From Spirogloea muscicola (Eukaryota), in assembly GCA_009602725.1 (NCBI GenBank), contig WELB01000027.1:282752-329220 (forward strand): a stretch of DNA of 46,469 nucleotides, written 5' to 3'. Below the pieces are notes generated by a model that did no database searches, was not told the DNA's origin, and saw nothing but the letters and a program-made list of their open reading frames with translations. Below, in pieces: positions 38,856-46,469 of this stretch. A program made the translations under genes and the position numbers. Numbering within the stretch: the stretch's first letter is position 1; each line of letters begins with the position of its first letter.

Positions 38856-41110
38856 CTTCTTTGTTGTTCTTCTATCACGACACACTAGAAGATGAATAGT
38901 AGTACTTTCTACATAGTGATGTATAACACATATCGCCGGTCGAAATACCTGTACAGAACATGAATGATATTCGTAAACGGATATCATGATACAATCCTTA
39001 TGAATATATCCCTGAAGCAACTAGACAAGCTTGCGATTTGATTTCAATCGCAATGCAGTTGGGTTTACTTTTTGTCCTATGACATTCGATCTTCCGTTGC
39101 TTTCATTTGCTTCTTCTTTCCTATGTCAATGTGCAGAAGCGAACTCTTTGAATATAACCATTCGATGATTGCAGGTGATGTCTCCCCATTGTAGAATTGT
39201 GTCAACTACATAATATGCCAAATACCATGATCTACGTGACCAGAATGTGTGCATAGAGAGCAAAGAGGTCTTTTCCATTAGCAGCGGGCCATAACGTGTA
39301 ATTCCTTTCGTGTTTTGAAGCCTCCCTTAGGTTGCCTTTGCCAAGAAGAAACAGATGACTGACCACAATATCATACGTTTTCCATTAGGATGGTCTACTG
39401 GATTCAATGCAGCAGCACAAAGTATGGGTCTTCGTCCTAATCATCTGACTAGTTCTGCTGCTCGCAACTTTTATGATACATCTGTTCAGAGACAACCTAC
39501 CGTAGCACGACGCTTCATATCTATCAACTGATCAGTACCTGTACATAATCGTATAACGCATTGTCCTTTGACTTTCAATTTGCAGAGATGAGCAAAAGAG
39601 CCTGCGGCTCCACTTGACTTTCCACCTTGGCCAAACAACCACTTTATATCACATATAGTAGTACTACTGCAGACAATAAAGGCTGAGAGTTTTGTACGAC
39701 AAGACTGTGTTCTTAAGTAGCGCCTGCTAGACTGACTCGTGGTATGTTTAATTATGTTAGTCATACCTAGTAAAGAGGGTGTTCAGGACTTCGCCAACGT
39801 ATTAATGCAATCAATGAAGAACGATTGGATCATATATTTATAAAGTACGTCGATGCATATGAATTTGTCGTTGCGATTGATCTGCACCACCTCCTCGACA
39901 AGAACTAGTAATGCGACCGGAAGAATGACGCCCAGTAAGTCTGTTTGAAATTTGATGTTAGGCTTGCGCTACTGAACCAATCTTTTCTTGATTTAAAAAG
40001 ATTATGCAAGAGGATTTTGCCTTATCTGAACTCCACGTTCTCAGTAAGATATATCTCATGTGATATGCTATCATCTGTACGTATTTGAGTGATTCACTTC
40101 CTTGTTTTCATCTCGGGTTGCTCTCGTGGATTTTGGTCTATGTGGGTGATCTAAGTACTGTGTATATACTTCGCTCAGTTGGTCCTAATCTCCAGTTCGT
40201 GGAGATTAGTATTTTCCTCAAAAGATTGAGAGTATTACAAGCGTTGGCAGCCATCTTGAGTCCATTTTGAAAATTTAGTCGACGCCATCGCGCATTCGCT
40301 CCATCGAGCAATCTCGTAAGGCCCTCAAGAAAGGGCTTACGAGACATTGTATGTGGATTATCTGTCAACTTGTCCAAACACATCATTCTGACTTACAATT
40401 GTTGTTATAACGTCTGCTGAAATGTGGTGCTTACACGTAAACTGTTACCCCTGTAAGTGAGCAAAAGCAGGAGCACGGTCTAACATTGGTAAGGACGATT
40501 GGTACCGTTACTGACTAAGAATACACGAAACTCTCCCTACGGTGCCTCTGCTGCGGTATAAGTAGAAGGAGGTGTTGCAACAGCTTCAGTGTAACGATTA
40601 AAGTGATGCATTGTTGAACCATAATGATTGTTTTATCTAGGATCGTGGAGGACATGATTTGCGATCGTCTGCCTTCTTAATGCCAGTGGGCATTTGATTT
40701 AAGCATTGTGCGAATTTTCAAGTAGTTCGTCACATTTCTTCTACACGTACCACAGTGATTGTAACAAATTCCTCGTGTACCTCCTGGCACATCAAAGTCT
40801 ACCTTACTGTATACATCATAAGGTGCTGCTTTTCGTGAATTTCATAAGATATGGAACCTCTCAGTATAATACCACCAAAACTCCAGTCCACAGTTTGACG
40901 TGCAGTAACAACATCGATATCTTACCACTCCTTGTTTCCCAGAACAAATAAGTATTACTTGACGTTTCGTCACAATTGACAGTACAGAAAGCAAACTGCT
41001 GGATGAAGTAAATGTTCACTTGAACCTTAGGCATACCTTGAGCTACTCCGCCTGGACGTATGTAACTAGCATGCATTCCTGCTCCTGGGACTCGCTCAGA
41101 ACAAAACCTG
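38856..41110 (-). pseudogene. NUMT: nad7 3' part (41110-40358), rps10, rpl2 (~39960-39305), rps19 (~39292-39120), rps3 5' (39080-38856)
   Basis: AT-rich; ERVPGAGMHASYIRPGGVAQ, KAAPYDVY..DFDVP, EAP*GEF.VFLVSNGTNRPY, VFGQVDR* (nad7); YTVLRSP..REQ (rps10); GRHSSGRIT..RGGG, NRSSLIALIRW, GQGGK..AAG, NPVDHP (rpl2); WSRRS (rps19); GQKVNPTALRL (rps3); many stops and frameshifts. Confidence 0.93.
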
Positions 41111-41111
41111 C

Positions 41112-41679
41112 TCAAGGTCGCAGCTGGCTGACAGCTGGCATGAAGCAAGCTGCAGTGGCCACTGCATAAGGGCTGACATTGTCTGCCATCAATACTGAGA
41201 GGCTATTGCAAGTTGGCTGTTGCAAGGCCCTGGCGTGCTTCATTGGCACTGGTGGCGGCTTCATGTGGGCTTCGGCGGCGCTCCCGGTGGCCTTCCGCGT
41301 TGAGAAGTTGCGGACCGAAGATTGGATAGGCGGTGACTGTGCCCGCCGAGTGGGCTTGTTAGCGCCGACGGGTGCTGAGACACAGGCAAATGCAGTCAAT
41401 GACACCGGCTGAGAGCTGAGAGCTCGTTGACTTTGTGAGCACATGTGAAGATTGCATGTGATGGTGGATGCAAGAACGAGCAGCCGCGTCGTAAGCCAGT
41501 ACCTCAGTTCGTGCGAAACTCCGGGCCAAGGCGAGGCGGGCCTCGCTCTTCCAAAGCCGGATGATGCCGGCCTGGATAAGCTGCGCCGCAGCGTGGCTGT
41601 GCGGCGCCGCGTCCTCGGCGCTGGAGTGGGCGATGTTGCAGGAGGGCGCCAGGCACTGTGGCGCCGATGCCTCGGCCAT
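41112..41679 (-). pseudogene. Orphan gene A, copy 3, 3' part replaced by the NUMT
   Basis: Exon 1 MAEASAP..ARSFARTE|GT, AG|PVSLTAFACV..ATAACFMPAVSQ, then abuts nad7 sequence. Confidence 0.45.
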
Positions 41680-42380
41680 GCAGCGCNGGGGGGACTGCAG
41701 GGCCAGCGCTCCGGGCTCCCCGACTATGAGGGGGGAGGGGGGCGGGGAAGGAATGCGTGTATATTAAGAGATGGGGAGGGGGGAAAATGAGATCCATAGA
41801 GAAAATGAAATCTTTAAATCGTGAGACTGGGGGAGTCTTCCAAGGAACGTTTCTTGTATTTGAAACACACGAAGGCCAAATGGCCAAGTACAAAGAACCA
41901 AGGGGGCGGGGGCTGTGAAAAGCCAGCCAGAAAGAATGGAGGAGGAATCACGCTGAGGCATCTAATAGCGGAGAGCCGACTGCAGTGTTGCTTGCAGGCG
42001 CACGCGAGACGCGGCGCTGCAAGCAACTACCGCGTCCCTGTGCCCGCCTAGCCGTTCCCCTTCCTCCCCCCTCTCCCTTGGGGAGGAAGAGGCCCATCCT
42101 TTTCTGTGCCGGCCTTTCAAGGGGACTGACTGCTTTCCAGGTGCTAGTCTTGCTGACCTGCGGCCGCTACTAAATGACCATATCACAGCCATTGCCCCCT
42201 TCCTCTCTCCCCTCCCCGTCACCGCTCTCGCGCCCAACGGCCTGGGCCTGCAGGCGGGCCGGGCCCCCTTCCTCGCCCACCTCCCTCCTCGGCCGCCTCC
42301 GTCCCGACCCCGGCGGCTCTGACCAGGCATCAGAGCCGCGCCTCCGTCCCCCCGGCTCTCGCGCCCGCGCCCGCGCCGCC

Positions 42381-42976
42381 ATGGCCCTCCCGCCTTGCCC
42401 CGCTGACGCCGTTGCCGCCGGCGACGTCAGCGCCTCTGCCGCAACGAGGACGGTACCCATGCTGGACGACGGAGGCGCAGCCTGGCGCTCGCTCCTCCGC
42501 GCCCGCGAGCAGCAAGCGGCCCAGCTGCGAGTGTGGGAAGTGGAGTTCCACCACGTCATCGCCGCCAACTTGGAGCGGATCGACGCCCTCGGTGTGACAA
42601 GCCACCCTTGCCGCTATTGTGTGCCACAGATGCTGCCACCTGTTATTTGACAGAGCCTGCATGCCAACTGACCAAAATGACCAGTCAGCCTGATGTTCCT
42701 TTGCAGTCACCAGCTTCAGCCCGCTCCTCAGACATTGCCTGCTGCTGCCGTGCAGTAGAATCCCCAGACAGTCCGGAGAGCCCTGAAACACCGGCGGCAT
42801 GTCGCAAGCGGAAGCCAAACAAACGGTCTCCCGACGCGTGCAGCTCCAGTAAACGTACCAAGGCTTCCGTGTCTTCTCCTCCCTTTGCTGCTTCGTCGAG
42901 CTCTGGCACATGCTCCGCACCGGAAAGCGGGGCGAGCATTGAATGGTGGCAGGTTTGCTTGGAACCTGCCATCTAG
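42381..42976 (+). CDS. Orphan gene B, apparently intact copy (~160 aa; exons 42381-42593, 42707-42976)
   Basis: ATG, in-phase GT-AG intron, helical WRSLLRAREQQAAQLRVWEVEFH segment conserved across copies, bipartite NLS-like RKRK..SKRTK; no recognised domain. Confidence 0.4.
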
Positions 42977-43939
42977 TGTTCGAGCAGCCACTTCTACATG
43001 CTGACCCGCGACTTCTGAGCGGGTCACCATAGCAGCAGGCGGCCTCCGTCTATGGATGTTTTGCATGTGTACTTGGCTGGTCAGGCTGTGTGTCGTTCCA
43101 CACATGCTATTTCTCTATCCTGAATCTGTCAGTATCTGCTGGCAGTCTATGAGGGATCACTTACAGCGTCCGGCAAAGTATGCCAGCTGTCAAACAAGGT
43201 GCGATCTTGAACAGCGGATTTTGTACCTGACTTCATCTCACAGCGCCAGGACTGAGGGCATTATCATGGTGAAGTCCACAATTGCGAGCTGATCTTGCCG
43301 TACTCACCTTGACAGGGCTCTTACATCTGTAAATAAGCATCTGAGAAATCGCAAATGCAGGAAGGGTGTCTCCTTGATCTGGCCTAGGTCATGGCACTGA
43401 AGGGCAAAGTCAAGTCAGCATGTTGCCAAAATCGCGCCTTGTCTGACAGCTCGCATGTATTGCCAGGATGCCATGACCGGATTTCCTTTGCATCTTTCAT
43501 GGCTCATTTCAGTCGAAAGTAGCTGCCCAAGCTGCCCAATCGTTAAGTATACACGACGTTTACTTTGCCTGTAAGGTAGCACGTCCTGCTCGTTGCAAGA
43601 AAATTGTAGTGCATTTACGAAAGCTTGGGACCCTGGTTCTGGTTCCTTGTACAACTTGCAAGTCAGTGAATAGTAAGCTACACGACTAACGAACAGTAGC
43701 ATGACCTCTTTCCAGCTGGCTGCATCACCCTTATACTTTTCTTGGAGCCAATATTACATCATCTGCTGGTCGCATTGTCCCATCATTACTTTCATATATT
43801 AGACGTAGTGACAAGCTGCCAATAACCACTGATTGTTTTCTTATGTATAATGAGATCCACGAGGCTGTCTTCGCCAGCACAATCAGCATGCCAGTACTTG
43901 CATCCTCGACTTATTGTCATGGTACTGCGCTTAAGCAGA

Positions 43940-45135
43940 TGATGTTCACAGCCCTTGCCCCCACTGGGAGAGTCACTTCTTCTTATGCAGCCTCAGTCTT
44001 TCGTCAAAGTCCGAAGTGGCCCAAAAGGGAATGAACAAGGCCAACAAGCTGGAAGGCGCAAAATAACAGAACTACACTCCGTGACTTCTGCGAACGGATC
44101 TCGACAAAGTAGTGGGCGGAAAGTGAAGTGCTCGCCTATGGAGAAGAGGGCCGGCGAAGCCAGCCCAAAAAGAATAGACAATGTCCAAAGCCAGAGGCGG
44201 AAAGGCTTGCTCTGACAATTATTGATGAAGGGGGATAAGGAAGCTCTTCCAACGGGGCTTGGGCCCCAAAACAAAAATCTCGCCCAATTTAAGAGGGTGG
44301 CTGGGAAGGGCCAGCCCGAGAAGGTAGTGCGTGTGTATAAGAAGAAGGCGCGCGGTGAGAGATGGATATGGAGGGCCATGTGTGGCCAAGTACAAAGGCA
44401 AGCACATTGACAAATGTACTTACCTCTGCTAAGCTGACCCGCTCGGAAAGGAGAAGTGCGCGTCCATAGATAATAGGGGCTGGGAAAGTCCAGCTCACAA
44501 AAGATGAACAAAATGCGAAGACTCTCAAGCGCGAAATGGCTTGACCTGCTTCACCACCTTGCGCAGCGTGCAGCGGCCCGCTGCCACGGGCAGCAGGGCG
44601 AGCAGCCTGACTTCAATGTCGCCGGGTCCCTCGCTCGAGTCTTCCGGATGCGCTTGGCTATCTCTTTGCAGCGGTCCCTTGCCTTCGCGGTTTGTAGCTG
44701 CTACTCGCTTGTAGGCCCCAGGCCCCTCCGAACCTTTGTCATTCTTTTTGGGCTGGCGTTTTGCAGCCCTTGCCCCCATTGGGAGTGCCACTTCTTTCCC
44801 TGCAGCGAGCTACCCAGACCTGATGGTGCTCACTCGCGGGTACTGAGCTTCCCTCTGTATCGTCCAGGGTTTCTGCAGTGTTTTGTAGTGTAGTCCTGTT
44901 TCGGCAATTCTATCTTTGACATTCTCCATTTGGAGTGCCACTTCTTCCTCTTTGGCTTTGGACATTGTCCAAAACCCAGGCTTCTTCTGTCCTTGTCCAT
45001 TCCTTTTGGGCTGGCCTCTCCCAGCCACCAGTCAATCTGGCCGCGCTTGTTGTTTTTGGGCTGGCTTTGCCAGCCCCTCTTCTCTATGGGCGAGCTCTTT
45101 CTTTCCGCCTGCTAGCGATTCAGACTTGCATCTAC
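43940..45135. mobile_element. Dense cluster of retrotransposon 3' termini in both orientations, including an RLE-tail fragment at 44530-44800 (+)
   Basis: At least 7 terminal motifs; WLDLLHHLAQRAAAR..RMRLAISLQRSLAF matches 950-1103. Confidence 0.75.
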
Positions 45136-45589
45136 TGACTAGAAGGGGATGGACAAAGGTGTCGTGAGATATCCCGTCCGTCAATGGCTTATTACTGTCG
45201 ATCTGACAAGGCATGTGAGGTGGCTGCACACGTGGACATTTGAGGCGCGTCATCTATCGGTTTTATGTGAACCAGGATTCGTCAACACGGCGGATTCGCA
45301 ACCACGGCACCTCCAGCTCGGCCCTTATATGTAAGTGAGCAGGTGCCACCGCGCCGTCAATCGACATCGGCAATCGGACCTCATCCTACCATCTCAACCG
45401 CTCCACAACAGCGCCAACCTGCCGCTGAGCCGTCGATATGGCATCAGCGCGCCAACCCCATCTACCATCCCAACCGCTCAACAACAGCGCGGACCTGCCG
45501 CTGAGTCGTCAATATGGCATCAGTGAGCAGTCCCCATCCTTTACCGCTCGAAACGCTCCACAAGCCTCAAAGCGAAGCCAAAAAGCCCT

Positions 45590-46436
45590 AAGGAAGCGCT
45601 AAGAAACCAAAGCACACAAAGAAAGAAAGCAGCTACAAATCACTCAGTAACCCCTGCTAAGCAGCCGCAAATCAGAGAGGCTAGGGTCCTGGAAGTGGGT
45701 CCCCTGGACAGAGCCAGAGGCAGCAGCGAGGGCTCGTCCGGCACGAAGGTGCAGCGCACGGGTCATGGACCTCTGCAGCGAGACGGCCAAGCGCATGCGA
45801 TACACTTGCGCCAGCGACCCGGCTGCAGGAAAGTCTACCGGTTCACCATGGAAGCGACGGGCGATTGCGTGGCGGGCGAGCTGGTTAAGTAGCTCAAGCC
45901 ACCAAGCGCCCAGTGCCCCATGGATGTCAATTGTCAACGGGAAGAACTCGTCTTTCGGCGGATGGTCGGCGTACTTAATCTCTTTTGCCCTAGCGGCGCA
46001 GGCGACCGCATACCCAGCCTTGGTGGCAGACTGGGCTGGGTGGGAGCGGTCAAATGCGTCGGTAGTCACCACATCCAGAAGCAGACGGGGCCCGCCGGCC
46101 TGTGGGGTGGCCACCAGGTCGACGCGACGAGCGTAGAGACCGTCGGCCCTGGCCTGGAGCGGCATGACGCCGGAGTGCTCCGCTGCCACCGCGAAGCCAG
46201 CCTCCACCAAGATGCCGTGCATCGCGTCCCGGAGGCGGTCGTGGGCCGCCGTCCTCTCGCCGCCATGGGAACAGCGCAGGACGTGAGCAGCCAGCTCGCC
46301 AGGCTTGGCCCCTCGCTCGCCACACTGGCATTGACGCACGCCCTGGAGGCATGGAGGCGGCAGCCCCAGGAGCCGGTGGACGGCAGTGCGAAACACCTCA
46401 TCTGGGAGGGTCAGAGCGTCAGTGATGGGGAGTGCT
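45590..46436 (-). mobile_element. 5'-truncated CRE-like retrotransposon (subfamily A; CCHC + RLE)
   Basis: 250-aa ORF highly similar to the C-terminus of the 33391 ORF. Confidence 0.9.
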
Positions 46437-46469
46437 TCCCCTGGCCCCCTTCTCGTACTCTGTTCATTC

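Noticed and set aside
42685..42972. Antisense ORF MAGSKQTCHH... also open at 30364-30639
   Set aside because: Broken in the 27.4-kb copy and explicable as a GC-rich shadow of gene B; not excluded without expression data
45380..45540. Two imperfect ~78-bp direct repeats
   Set aside because: Only two units with no other support; treated as a local duplication

Overview
Eukaryotic nuclear DNA with spliceosomal introns and GC-rich exons. It is most likely from a streptophyte green alga (inference from plant-type genes and an intron-less, charophyte/bryophyte-like mitochondrial gene order in NUMTs). The left half (3-22 kb) holds six intron-containing host genes: an LPEAT2-type acyltransferase with EF-hands, the first exon of XPD, SH3P2, ATP12/ATPAF2, CstF-50 and HIPL1. 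Four of them look truncated or frameshifted as assembled. Throughout the window are about 30 remnants of a CRE-like non-LTR retrotransposon with a restriction-like endonuclease (RLE). They share a conserved two-hairpin 3' terminus and repeatedly occur as head-to-head pairs. The right half (24-44 kb) is a repeated module of two divergent orphan genes (A and B), each with a long fold-back hairpin derivative. It is interleaved with decayed mitochondrial insertions (nad7-rps10-rpl2-rps19-rps3; trnT-nad7/cox1) and includes a 10,686-bp-offset duplication. Exon coordinates were derived by hand and family calls are from recalled motifs, not database searches.
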